The notes under the pieces: model-generated | Database searches by the model: none | Seen by the model: the letters and a program-made list of their open reading frames with translations, nothing else | What the model was told of the DNA's origin: nothing | Part shown: in pieces, positions 26,170 to 39,157 of the stretch | How positions within the stretch are numbered: position 1 is the stretch's first letter | Layout of the letters: each line of letters starts with the position of its first letter | Assembly: GCA_951406725.2 (NCBI GenBank) | Contig: OX597820.1 | Location: 30,690,001-30,754,000, forward strand | DNA from: Octopus vulgaris | Lineage: Eukaryota | DNA length: 64,000 bases | Direction: 5' to 3' | Program-made: the position numbers and the translations under genes

Positions 26170-27008
26170 TCATTGGATGGCGGTCATGCTGGAGCACCAC
26201 CTTGAAATGTTTTGTCGAACCAATCGACCTCAGTACTTGCCTTTTATTAAGTCTTGCACTTATTCGATCGGTTTCTTGTGCCGCACCGCTAAGTTACTGG
26301 GATATAAACAAACCGAAATTGGTTATCAAGCGATGCGGTGGGGACAAACACGAAAGCTCGCATACACACTCACACATACATACATGCATACACACACACA
26401 CTCACACATACATACATGCATACACACACACTCACACATACATACATGCATACACACACATACATATATTCTTTTATTTTATTTGTAACAGTCATTTGAC
26501 TGCGGCCATGCTGGAGTACCGCCTTGAAGGATTTTAGTGGAACAAATCAACCCCAGGGCTTATTTCTTAAGCCCAGTACGTATTCTATCGATTTCTTTTG
26601 CCGAACCGCTAGATTACGGGGGCGTAAACACACCAACACCGGTTATCAAGTAGTGAAATACACACACTCATACAATTCGCTTCTTTTAGTTTCTGTCTAT
26701 TAAGTCCACTCACAATGTTTTTGTTGGCCCTGGCTTATAGGAGAAGACGCTTGCCCAAGTGACTGAATCCGAAACCAAGTGATTGCAAAGAGAACTTCTT
26801 ACTACACAGATATACTCTTTTACTCTTTTACTTGTTTCAGTCATTTGACTGCGGCCATGCTGGAGCACCGCCTTTAGTCGAGCAAATCGACCCCGGGACT
26901 TATTCTTTGTAAGCCCAGTACTTATTCTATCGGTCACTTTTGCCGAACCACTAAGTTATGGGGACCTAAACACACCAGCATCGGTTGTCAAGCGATGTTG
27001 GGGGACAA

Positions 27009-27039
<31 letters not shown>

Positions 27040-27201
27040 CATATATACGACAGGCTTCTTTCAGTATCCGCCTACCAAATCCACTCACAAGGCATTGGTC
27101 GGCCCGGGGCTATAGCAGAAGACACTTGCCCAAGATGCCAAGCAGTGGGACTGAACCCGGAACCATGTGGTTGGTAAGCAAGCTACTTACCACACAGCCA
27201 C
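26170..27201 (-). mobile_element. Three adjacent SINE family A copies (two diverged, one young at 26814-27201)
   Basis: Repeated GGCCATGCTGGAGCACCGCCTT...CCGCTAAGTTA...AAACACACC blocks. Confidence 0.85.
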
Positions 27202-27802
27202 CCAAATTTAATATACAATACTTTCAATATTTTGTTTGGAAAATTTTTCTGAAAAACTTTAATCAAAAGAGGTCTTGGCGTGCTTTCTACTTGAATTAAG
27301 GGCATCTTTGGTGCTTTACAATTGAGAGCGTTGTAACTTCACGGTTAATTAATTTTGTTTAGTGTGGCCGCGCAAATGTATATATATATAGATATGTAAA
27401 TTTATAGACGTTCAAATTTCATGCCCTAGTACAGTTTTGCACTTCACTGCTAGATATACATAAATTTTACGTCGACCTAAAATAGCTAGAAAATATATGT
27501 CTAAAATATTTTAAATACTAGAGTGTTTTTGACATATGACAAGGAACTTTGGAAGGATAGGTTTGCCGCTATAGGTAATATCAGGAAATATGGCACACAG
27601 ACAGTAACTTATATCGAATTTGTGCTTGTAAAAACTGATTAAACGAATACTAGTTTTTAAAAGAAATACATTTATTATCTTGAGATAAAATTAGATATAG
27701 CAAATTTCTCGTTTGTATAACACTTTAAATAACTACTCGTTTGTTACTCCTTATATGCTTTTGTCTCTATGATTCTTTTTCTTCCATTGTTCCTTTACAT
27801 AT

Positions 27803-28838
27803 TTCTTTCTTTATTGCCCACAGGGAGGTAAACATAGAGGAGACAAACAAAGATAGACTAAGGGATTAAGTCAATTACATCGACTCCAGTGCGAAACTGG
27901 TACTTATTTAATCGACACCGAAAGGATGAAACGCAAAGTTGACCTCGGAGGAATTTGAACTCAGAACGAAACGGCAGACGAAATACCTATTTCTATTTCT
28001 TTATTACCCACAAGTGGCTAAACACAGAGGGGACAAACAAGGACAGACATAGGTATTAAGTCGATTACATCGACCCCAGGGCTTATTTCTTAAGCCCAGT
28101 ACTTATTTAACTGGTACTTATTTAATCGACACCGAAAGGATGAAACGCAAAGTTGACCTCGGAGGAATTTGAACTCAGAACGAAACGGCAAACGAAATAC
28201 CGCTACGCAATTCGCCCAGTGTGCTAACGATTCTTATTTCTTTATTGCCCTCAAGGGGCTAAACATAGAGGGGACAGACAAGGACAGACGCCAGTGCGTA
28301 ACTGATACTTATTTAATCGACCCCGAAAGGATGAAAGGCAAAGTCGACCTCGGCGGAATTTGAACTCAGAACGTAGCGGCAGACGAAATACCTATTTCTT
28401 TATTACCCACAAGGGGTTAAACATAGAGAGGACAAACAAGGACAGATAAACGGATTAAGTCGATTACATCGACCCCAGTGCGTAAATGGTACTTAATTTT
28501 TCGACCCCGAAAGGATGAAAGGCAAAGTCGACCTCGGCGGAATTTGAACACACAACGTAACGATAGACGAAATGCCTATTTCTTTACTACCCACAAGGGG
28601 CTCGACAGACGAAATACCTAATTCTTTAATACCCATAAGGGGCTAAACACAGAGAGGACAGACAAGGAGATTAAGTCGATTACATCGACCCCAGTGCGTA
28701 ACTGGTACTTAATTTATCGACCCCGAAGGATGAAAGGCAAAGTCGACCTCGGTGGAATTTGAACTCAGAACGTAACGGCAGACGAAATACCGCTAAGCAT
28801 TTCGCCCGGCGTGCTAACGTTTCTGCCAGCTCGCCGCC
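27803..28838 (-). mobile_element. SINE family B tandem multimer (about 5 body units, one head)
   Basis: Repeated GAAAGGATGAAAGGCAAAGTCGACCTCGGCGGAATTTGAACTCAGAACG units. Head reverse complement ends at about 28838. Confidence 0.9.
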
Positions 28839-29212
28839 CTACGTTTCTTTATATATTAGCAGCCACCATCCTGCATATCCTGGATTAACTTTCTTTATAT
28901 CACCCCTTTACTTTCCGCCTCTCTCTCTATATATATATATGTTGTAAAGCGCGATTGGAGAAAGTTATCAGGCAATCAGCTTACATTTATATTGACTATA
29001 ATTAGTGATTACACTTATGTACTTATAATAATTAAATACCTATCAAATTTCTTAAGAAACAACATACATAAAAACAAAAAAAATGATGTCGCAAAAATTG
29101 AAAAGCCATGTTTTCAGGCTTCCCCCGAAAAGAAGAGGTAATGAAACATATTTTAAACAAATAATAAATTTAATATCAGAAATGATAAACAGGTTTTAAT
29201 ATCAACTAATCT

Positions 29213-29603
29213 AAGGCGGCGAGCTGGCAGAAATGTTAGCACGCCGGGCGAAATGCATAGCAATTTTTCGTCCGTCTTTATGTTCTGAGTTCAAATTCCG
29301 CCAAGGTCGACTTTGCCTTTTGAGGTCGATAAATTAAGTACCAGTTACGCACTGGGCTCGATATAATCGACTTAATCCGTTTGTCTGTCCTTGTTTGTCC
29401 TCTCTGTGTTTAACCCCTTGTGGGTGGTAAAGAAATAGGTATTTCGTCTGTCTTTACGTCCTGAGTTCAAATTCCACCCAGGTCGACTTTGCCTTTTAGC
29501 CTTTCGGGGTCAATAAATTAAGTACCAGTTGCATACTGGAGTCGATCTAATCGACAGGCTCCCTCCTCAAAAATTGCGGGCCTTGTGCTTAGAGTAGAAA
29601 AGA
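29213..29603 (+). mobile_element. SINE family B dimer
   Basis: Head AAGGCGGCGAGCTGGCAG followed by two body units. Confidence 0.88.
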
Positions 29604-29854
29604 ATATCACAACTAATCTCTGAACCCGACATCAGAACACTGACATCACAAAATCCGTTAATTTACAATGATTCACTCATTATTACAACTTATTGTCCAC
29701 CCAGAATATTCTGAAGCACCACCAGGTTCCAAAGTTCTGTACGACAACAATATTAATTATCTACCACTACGGCGAAATATGGTATTTTCCTTTCTCGTAA
29801 CAACTTCTGGGGCGATTTCGTTTTCCTCGCTCTGATGTTTATTGTTTTACTCTC

Positions 29855-29930
<76 letters not shown>

Positions 29931-30134
29931 CGGGTGTACAGTGGTGGTGGGGGGAAATAAATATTCGTATATGTCAAAATTCTTTATTTATTTAATTTCT
30001 AATAAACATAATTGGGATGTACCAAAGCTATATTTGCATACACATGCATAAACTAAGAATATGCAAAAGAAACTAATAAATTATAGTAACTAATTAATTT
30101 ATATACAATTATAAATATTTAGGGGTGAAAAAAG

Positions 30135-30165
<31 letters not shown>

Positions 30166-30242
30166 GTATATATATATGTATATATATATATGTATATATA
30201 TATGTATATATATATGTATATATATGTATATATATATATATG

Positions 30243-30310
<68 letters not shown>

Positions 30311-30529
30311 GTGTGTGTGTGTGTACGTGTGTATGTGTGCGTTTGTGTGTGTGTGTGTTGGAAAGGAAGTTCTGTCGTATTTTTGTCATGATCACTTTGA
30401 GGATACGTCTTTGATACTTACAGTAAAAATAAGCATTAATGTTTACCTTTTTAACATATTTTCTTTCTTTGCGGGTTACCATGTATCATATTGTTAAATA
30501 CGTATCAATTTTATCCTTAAAAGAGCAAA

Positions 30530-31236
30530 AGAGTTTAGATCAGACCCATATCAGATGCTCCATACTATAGGATTTCAAAAGGAGCTCTTCAGTGATAGAA
30601 ACAGTAAGATATATTCGTTCTGCCTATTGAAATAAGGCTTTAAGTGTCTGTATGCCAGTGATGGCTTGGTTCGTTTCGTCCAGGAAAATTTTCTATCGCT
30701 GATTCCGCTCGATCTAAACGACCAAGTTTTGTGGATACTGAGCTCCTGAAAACTGTAAACCCAAAGCAAACTGTCAGAGATTTAGTAAAAAAAGTTCAAG
30801 TCGCTCTTCCTTGATAAAACACCTTCATGAACTAAGAAAAATGTCTAAACTTGGTCAGTTGATCCGTCATCACCTGACAGCTTCTCAACTTCTCTCTCTG
30901 CTTATCATTGAAGAGGCGACTTGCTATCGAACCTTTCCTGACCAGAGTCATCGAAAGTGATGAAAAGTGGGTTGCCTATAATTATATCCGACGAAAACGA
31001 CAATGGTTAGCACCCAACGAAAAAGGAGAATCTATCTCCAAACCAGGACTTATACCTGAAAAACGTTGTGCCCCGTGTTTGATGGAATAAAACGAAACAG
31101 TGAACAAGGGAAAACATTGCCGTCAATTGGAAGCACTGCGCAAAAATTTACAGTAAAAACGTCCAGTATTGGTCAATAGTAAAGGAGTTTTCTTCTTACA
31201 CGATAATGCAAGACCACGTATTACTTAAATAAGTCA
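30530..31236 (+). pseudogene. Tc1/mariner transposase remnant
   Basis: HIRCSIL (N-terminus), VIESDEKWVAYNYIRRKRQWL (first D) and [13 protein letters not shown] (second D). Broken by stops and frameshifts, truncated at a (CT)n tract. Confidence 0.85.
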
Positions 31237-31271
31237 GGCAGATATTATGGCAGTAAAGTCTCTCTCTCTCC

Positions 31272-31344
<73 letters not shown>

Positions 31345-32011
31345 TCTCTTTCACTCTCTCTCTCCTTTGCTCCCTCCATCTCTCCAGCAGTCAGTCCAAC
31401 AGATGGACTCAGTAAATCTATCTATCTTTCTATCACTTTTACCTCCGATGAATGGGCACTGTCCGAAACCTTAGACTTCTCTTTCTTGTCGTTTTCTTTT
31501 TCATGATCGTGGCATTAAATATAATAATGATAACTTAGCTGTTGTTTTACATACAGACGAAGCGTCCCTGAGTAATTATTCCCAGTACTGTATTCCCAAA
31601 AATATGCAAATTTTCAAGCCATGCCTACCGTTTACAATATTGTACATCTGAATGTTTCTCCCATCAGTAATGACTTATCTTTACTAATAAGGTTTAACCA
31701 AACCAAAACATGCATGTAGTTGTATCCCTTACTTGCCGAAATAAATTAAAATAATATTGATGTCTGAAATAGACATAACGCTACACATTTTGGAAGATTA
31801 TAAGAGATTATATCAATCCCGACACTTTATTAGTACTTTCTTATATCGTTCTTAGCAAGGATGAAGACGAAGTTGAGACTTCGGTAAAATTTAAGCTCAA
31901 TATGTTATGGGACGTAACTAAATACCATAAGGCATGCTGACATTCTAAATTCATCAACTTCCATCAATCGGAATTGGGTGTGGATCTTTGTGGGATCTTC
32001 GTGGTTTTACG

Positions 32012-32253
32012 CTTTTACTCTTTTACTTGTTTCAGTCATTTGACTGTGGCCATGCTGGAGCACCGCCTTTAGTCTAGCAAATCGACCCCAGGACTTATTC
32101 TTTGTAAACCTACTACTTATTCTATCGGTCTATTTTGCCCAACCGCTAAGTTACGGGGACGAAAACACACCAGCATCGGTTGTCAAGCGATGTTGGGAGA
32201 CAAACACAGGCACACAAACATACACACACACACACACACACACACATACACAC

Positions 32254-32320
<67 letters not shown>

Positions 32321-32425
32321 CGACGGGCTTCTTTCAGTTTCCGTCTACCAAATCCACTCACAAGGCTTTGGTCGGCCCGCGGCTATAGTAGAAGACACTT
32401 GCCCAAGGTGCCACGCAGTGGGACT
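32012..32425 (-). mobile_element. SINE family A, 5'-truncated
   Basis: Reverse complement of family A. Confidence 0.88.
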
Positions 32426-32432
32426 GATATAT

Positions 32433-32855
32433 ATAATTCATTTTTCCTATAAATCTATAATTAAAAAGTTATTAGCCTTTTAAATTTGGTTATTTTAGCC
32501 AATCAAAAGCGCATATTTACGACGTCACTGTGGCGAAAAAGTTTGTTTCTATAGTAACCACAGCAAAGAAGCACCACGTGTTCCATAGCTGATTGTGAAG
32601 AACTCTGTTTCCATAGACACCAAAGATGCTGCGCATGCGCCCAAGGAGTGTAACCGCCACTTGTTCTTTAACAGATGGAACTCACACTCAACAATTTTAG
32701 TTTAATGTTTTGACATCCCGATGCCCCCCACCCCGCATCCTGATAATAGAAAAGGCAGCAAACGTGCTGTTATTTGATTGGCTGAACATTCTGAAAATTA
32801 TCAAAATGTGAACACCTGTAACATTTTTTCAAAATTTTTCTGGAATAAATGAATA
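32433..32855. mobile_element. Old MITE-like element with long imperfect TIRs
   Basis: ATTCATTTTTCC...TTTAGCCAATCAAA at left versus TTTGATTGGCTGAA...GGAATAAATGAAT at right. Confidence 0.5.
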
Positions 32856-32864
32856 ACAAATTCA

Positions 32865-33279
32865 GGATCTTTTCGGTTTGAACGGCAGTTTTTTCTAACG
32901 GTGTCATATGAAATTGTCACCCATAATTATGACCCTAGTATCGATCTATTGCATTTCAATCTATTTTAGGGTTAGGGTTAGGGCAAGGTTATCTTTTTTT
33001 TCTTCACAAATGTAAATAAGCCCAATCTGTTTCTTAAACGAGGGACATACTCATACGGCACAGAATGTTTTTTTCTACCTCAATAGACGTCACTGATTGG
33101 TTGAAATTGTAGAAACTGAAGAAAAAAATAACAAATATCTTACAAACTATCGAATTTTCTCAATAAAGCCAAGAGAAAAAGATGTTTTTTAAATACATTC
33201 TACCAGTATACGAAGTTTAAAAGTATTTAGTTACGTGGAAATTATTTTTAAAAAACTGCCGGTCAAACCGAAAAGATCC
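32865..33279. mobile_element. MITE with about 27-bp TIRs and internal TTAGGG repeats
   Basis: GGATCTTTTCGGTTTGAACGGCAGTTTTT ... AAAAACTGCCGGTCAAACCGAAAAGATCC. TTAGGG repeats near 32966-32983. Confidence 0.9.
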
Positions 33280-33357
33280 TAAACGAATAACAAATTCAGA
33301 TTCAGTGACAAAAATTACAGCTATATGCTACATTAAAAAAAAAATTTTTAGGACATA

Positions 33358-33522
33358 GGCGCAGGAGTGGCTGTGTGGTAAGTAGCTTGTTTACCAGCCA
33401 CATGGTTCTGGGTTCAGTCCCACTGCGTGGCATCTTGGGCAAGTGTCTTCTGCTATAGCCCCGGGCCGACCAATACCTTGTGAGTGGATTTGGTAGACGG
33501 AAACTGAAAGAAGCCCGTCGTA

Positions 33523-33566
<44 letters not shown>

Positions 33567-33767
33567 TGTGTGTGTTTGTCCCCTAGCATTGCTTGACAAC
33601 AGATGCTGGTGTGTTTACGTCCTCGTCACTTAGCGGTTCGGCAAAAGAGACCCATAGAATAAGTACTGGGCTTACAAAGAATAAGTCCCGGGGTCGATTT
33701 GCTCGACTAAAGGCGGTGCTCCAGCATGGCCGCAGTCAAATGACTGAAACAAGTAAAGAGTAAGAGT
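33358..33767 (+). mobile_element. SINE family A, full length
   Basis: Complete head-to-tail match to family A. Confidence 0.9.
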
Positions 33768-34000
33768 GACGAAAGCCACAAAGATCCTTGGGTTTGATCA
33801 GGTTGCTTGTATCTTAACGCTTTCGCTAATTGCTTTAAGTGCCTGTGTAGTCACGAGCTGACACTCTCTCAGTGATCCTATCCTTCACGCAGCGGGACGT
33901 TGAAGATGTGATAGCTGGGGTAAGGGTGGGAGAAGCAAAAAGGGCAGCAATAATATTAATCTGGTACTCATTTCCTGTTGAAACAAAGTGAAGCGGATTG

Positions 34001-35373
34001 GGATTTTTTTGGTTTGAACGGCAGTTTTTTCTAACGGTGTCATATGAAATTGTCACCCATAATTATGACCCTAGTATCGATCTATTGCATTTCAATCTGT
34101 TTTAGGGTTAGGGTTAGGGTTATGGGTGGGGGAAGGGTAGCTTTTTTTCTTTAGAAATGTAAATAAACCCAATCTGTTTCTTAAACGAGGGACATATTCA
34201 TACGGCACAAAATGTTTTCACCTCAATAGACGTCATTAATTGGTTGAAATTGCAGAAATTGAAGAAAAAAATCAACAAATATCTTACAAAGTTGAGTAGG
34301 CTGAAACAAAGTGAAGCGGATTGGGATTTTTTCGGTTTGAACGGCAGTTTTTTCTAGCGGTGTCATATGAAATTGTCACCCATAATTATGACCCTAGTAT
34401 CGATCTATTGCATTTCAATCTCTTTTAGGGTTAGGGTTAGGGGTGGGGGAAGGGTAGCTTTTTTTCTTTAGAAATGTAAATAAACCTAATCTGTTTCTTA
34501 AACGAGGGACATATTCATACGGCACAAAATGTTTTCACCTCAATAGACGTCATTAATTGGTTGAAATTGCAGAAATTGAAGAAAAAAATCAACAAATATC
34601 TTATAAAGTTGAGTAGGCTGAAACAAAGTGAAGCGGATTGGGATTTTTTCGGTTTGAACGGCAGTTTTTTCTAGCGGTGTCATATGAAATTGTCACCCAT
34701 AATTATGACCCTAGTATCGATCTATTGCATTTCAATCTCTTTTAGGGTTAGGGTTAGGGTTAGGGGTGGGGGAAGGGTAGCTTTTTTTCTTTAGAAATGT
34801 AAATAAACCTAATCTGTTTCTTAAACGAGGGACATATTCATACGGCACAAAATGTTTTCACCTCAATAGACGTCATTAATTGGTTGAAATTGCAGAAATT
34901 GAAGAAAAAAATCAACAAATATCTTATAAAGTTGAGTAGGCTGAAACAAAGTGAAGCGGATTCGGATTTTTCGGTTTGAACGGCAGTTTTTTCTAGCGGT
35001 GTCATATGAAATTGTCACCCATAATTATGACCCTAGTATCGATCTATTGCATTTCAATCTCTTTTAGGGTTTGGGGTGGGGGAAGGGTAGCTTTTTTTCT
35101 TTAGAAATGTAAATAAACGCAATCTGTTTCTTAAACGAGGGACATATTCATACGGCACAAAATGTTTTCACCTCAATAGACGTCATTAATTGGTTAAAAT
35201 TGCAGAAATTGAAGAAAAAAAATCAGCAAATATCTTACAAACTATAGAATCTTCTCAATAAAGCCAAGAGAAAAAGATGTTTTATAAACACATTCTACCA
35301 GTATACGAAGTTTAAAAGTGTTTAGTTACGTGGAAATTATTTTTAAAAACTGCCATTCAAACCGAAAAGATCC
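34001..35373. repeat. Four-unit (about 320 bp) tandem array derived from the TTAGGG-containing MITE
   Basis: Left TIR recurs at about 34001, 34324, 34641 and 34964. A single right TIR ends at 35373. Outer 8-bp TSD-like GCGGATTG (33993-34000) and GCGGATCG (35374-35381). Confidence 0.92.
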
Positions 35374-36687
35374 GCGGATCGTTTTCTCCAAGGACACCAC
35401 GCGTCGCTCTATCCAGGAAATCGGACCACAAAGTTTCAGACGTGAGTCGTCCAACATCACGCACCAAATCACACACCATCTAAATCATGACACCGAATAT
35501 TAGCCATTAATTTCATCGCCACATAATTATTACCAATTAAGTTTTTAGTGCTCACTACATTAATTATGTTGATACTAACAATGAACACTTTGTCGGCACT
35601 ATCTCGATTTCCTTGGATTTTATTGTTTCACTAGCTTTTGATCAGTTACCTCCTCTCCCCCTCTCTCTTTCCCTCCCATACCTTCTCTCCCTCTCTTATC
35701 CGCTCTCTCTACTGACCTTGCTTTCCTTCCTTCTCCCTCTCTCTTACTCTCTCTCTATCCACTGAGCTTCCTTCTTCCTCCCTCTCACTTACCCTCCCTC
35801 TACAATGTTCCAGTCTCCCTCTCTGTTACCCTTTCTCTATTAGGATTCCTCCCCCTTCTTTTACTCTCTCTTAAACTTCATTTCCTTCTCCCCGTCTCTC
35901 TCTCTATCTCTAACTAACTAAACTTATTTTTCCCTCTCTCTACTAAACTGTTCCCCTCTCTGTCTCTCTCTTACCCTCTCTCTCTCTACAAAGCTGTTTT
36001 CTCCTACAAATTTTACTTTCCTTCCTTCTCTCCTCCCTTTCTCTTCCTTAAAGCAGTATCCTTTATCAACCGTCTCCCTTTCTCTCTACTAAGTTTCCTT
36101 CTCCCTCTCTCTTACCGTTTCTCTACTAAGTTTCCGCCTTCTCTCTTTTACCCCCCTCTTTATTAGACATTTAAATTTCAATCTCCCTCTCTTTTCCCCT
36201 CTCTCCTACCCTGTCTCGACTAAACTTTTTTCTCCCTCTCTCTTTTATACCCCTCTCTGTACAAAGTTCTCCTTCCTTCTCTCTTCCTCCCCTTCCCAAT
36301 GCAAACATTACCGATACACTCGAAACTGCTGACTTGATGTCAAGAGAACACAAAACATGAAAACGTCGTCATATTTTACGGACACGTCAGACATTTTACT
36401 GTTGTAACAGAGAGAGAGAGAGGACATAGAGTGTTTGTGTGTTTGGGTGCGTATGTGTTTGCGTGTGTGTGCTTGTTTGTGTGTATGTGTGTGTATGTGT
36501 GTGTGTGTGTGTGTGAAAGAGAGAGAGAGATGACAGGATAAATAGATTAAAAATACATACGCACGCATTTATCTACACATACACAGCACACAAATATACT
36601 TGTACATACACATACACAAGCACACACAAGACACATATATGCAGACATACCCATACATACATACATACAAATATAATGCTAAGTGTG

Positions 36688-37020
36688 AAGGCGCATGGCT
36701 CAGTGGTTAGAGTGTCGAGCTAACGATCGTGAGGTTGTAAGTTCGATCCCCGGACCGGGCTGCGTGTTGTGTTCTTGAGCAAGACACTTTATTTCACGTT
36801 GCTCCAGTTCACTCAGCTGCAGAAATGAGTTGCGACGTCACAGGTGCCAAGCTGTATCGGCTTTTGCCTTTCCCTTGAATAACATCTGTGGTGTGGAGAG
36901 GGGGAAGTTGGTATGTATGGGCGACTGCTGACCTTCCATAAACAACCTTGCCTGTACTTGTACCTGGGAGGGTAACTTTCTAGGTGCAATCCCATGGTCA
37001 TTCATGACCGAAGGAGGTCT
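36688..37020 (+). mobile_element. tRNA-derived SINE family D
   Basis: A-box TGGCTCAGTGG, B-box AGTTCGATCC, CORE-like TTGAGCAAGACACTTT..CTCAGCTG..AAATGAG. Confidence 0.88.
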
Positions 37021-37475
37021 CCTTTCCCAATGCTAAGTGATAATATACAAGCAAAATGGATTTATGGATTTATGTATATGTATAATATACAGTGTATATC
37101 ATATCTTTTATGTGCTTCAGTCATTGGACTGCGGCCATAATCGGAGAAGAGAAGGCACATTATTGATGAGGTTGCAATTGGCCACAAAAGGATTTTGACG
37201 GGCAGCTGATGGATTATTTAACAGACTCATTCAACAAGTGATCGATTAATTGATTGGCTTGATAGCTAACTAATTGACTAACAATAAAGAAGTGAAATTG
37301 AACCAGTGCCTGTGTTTATTATTGGTGTAACGACCCTCCTAAGGCTCAACATCTGTCTATTACTTGTTTAAGTCATTGGATTTAGTGGCACACAGTCTTA
37401 TTTCCTGAACTCCCAAGTTGTAGACGTAAATGAACCCGTACCGGTTGTCAAGTGGCAGTGGGGGAACAAACAAAG

Positions 37476-37506
<31 letters not shown>

Positions 37507-37570
37507 AATGTATATACATTCATGTGTGTCCGTGTATTATCTATAAACATATATGCATGTGTGTGTGTTA

Positions 37571-37840
37571 AAGCGTATGGCTTAGTGGTTAGAGTGTTGC
37601 ACTCATGATTGTGAGATCGTGAGTTCGATTCCTAGACAGGGTGTTGCGTTGTGTTCTTGAGTAAAACACTTCCTTTCACGTTGCTCTGCGATTATTTCGT
37701 CATCTGACATGTGACACTCGGTGCAGCTGTACAGGTAATGTCGATTTGATGGAAGGAGTGATCTTATGTGAACACAAACATTTGATCACTATAAACAAAT
37801 CGTGCCGAGCCCTCATACGTCGTCTCACAATGGGGGAATC
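37571..37840 (+). mobile_element. Diverged tRNA-derived SINE (family D-like head, different 3' part)
   Basis: TGGCTTAGTGG and GAGTTCGATTCC boxes, TTGAGTAAAACACTT. Confidence 0.7.
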
Positions 37841-37868
37841 CTACTCCACGCAGCTTCTATCAACCGTA

Positions 37869-37917
<49 letters not shown>

Positions 37918-38043
37918 CAATAAGTCGTCTGCATCTTGTATCGTATAGCTGCACGTTCCGGCGGTGCGCTCTACATAGTCACCGAAGACTCAACACGGAT
38001 ATTATATATCTGTTACAATGGATTTAGAATAGTATGACCATAT

Positions 38044-38137
38044 CGGCTACCTCTGATGAGCGTAAGATTACATAATCGGATTGTTATCTAACACTCTGTT
38101 GAATCTCTAGCGCGAAATCGATTGGTAAGATCAGCCG
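38044..38137 (+). ncRNA. Hammerhead-like motif with long helix II
   Basis: CGGCU-ACCU-CUGAUGA-GCG(uaagauu...aaucucua)GCGC-GAAA-UCGA-UU-GGUA..AGCCG. Palindromic helix III. Helix I register is imperfect next to the core. Confidence 0.55.
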
Positions 38138-38829
38138 TAATGGATATATAATACTGTACGCATGCGCACACAGACAGACAGACAGACACACACACACACA
38201 CATATATCCACGATGCTGGTGTGTTTACGTCCCCGTAGCAAAACCGTCCACCCTTTGCCCTTAACTACCTGTGAAATCTCTCGCCACATCTTCTCTCGAT
38301 ATCATGTGACCATCTCATTTCTCCTTTCAGCTTCTTTTTATTTATTTATTTATTTATTTTTGCTTAAACGCTGACCCGCTCAGTAGCGCTTCTCCCAGGC
38401 CCTTACTTCAGCCTTCACCTTCAACACCGGATTCGTTTTTAACACATTTCTTTCTATCTTTTCATCTCACCACTTTCCTTTTCAAGTCCAAAGCTACACA
38501 ATGTTCCATTGCGTTACTTCTACATGTGTTTTGTCCTCATGATGCCACGGAGCTGTACGGTCTTTATTTTTTTTATATATTTACATTCATACCATCTACC
38601 TGTGTCGTGTTTGTTTTCGTCACCGTCCTCTACATTCGCTCATTATTCCCAGCGCTTGTTTCCTGTTGACGCCACCAAAATGAACAATATTACTGTTAAA
38701 GGAGTGAAGTCGTAATGATTTTGGAGCGATCACTGATGAGGAAAGAGTATGCCCAAGTCTACTGTTTGAATTTTCCGTTTGTTCCTTAGTCGTCCTCCTG
38801 TTCAACTTTCGAATATATATATATACATA

Positions 38830-39019
<190 letters not shown>

Positions 39020-39157
39020 CAATTGCAACGTGGAAGGTGTTTATAAGCCATTTAAGAGACACACAAAAACCGTTAGATTCACTTCAACATTTCAAATTTA
39101 ATTTCCCAAAATATTTTCGTCGCTTTGAGACCGCGACCTCTTCGTATATTATATATA

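Noticed and set aside
32966-32983. True telomere or chromosome fusion site
   Set aside because: Only 1-3 TTAGGG units, always at the same position inside a MITE.
34001-35373. Retrozyme or CRISPR-like array
   Set aside because: Units are near-identical with no unique spacers and no hammerhead core. It is a MITE-derived tandem repeat.
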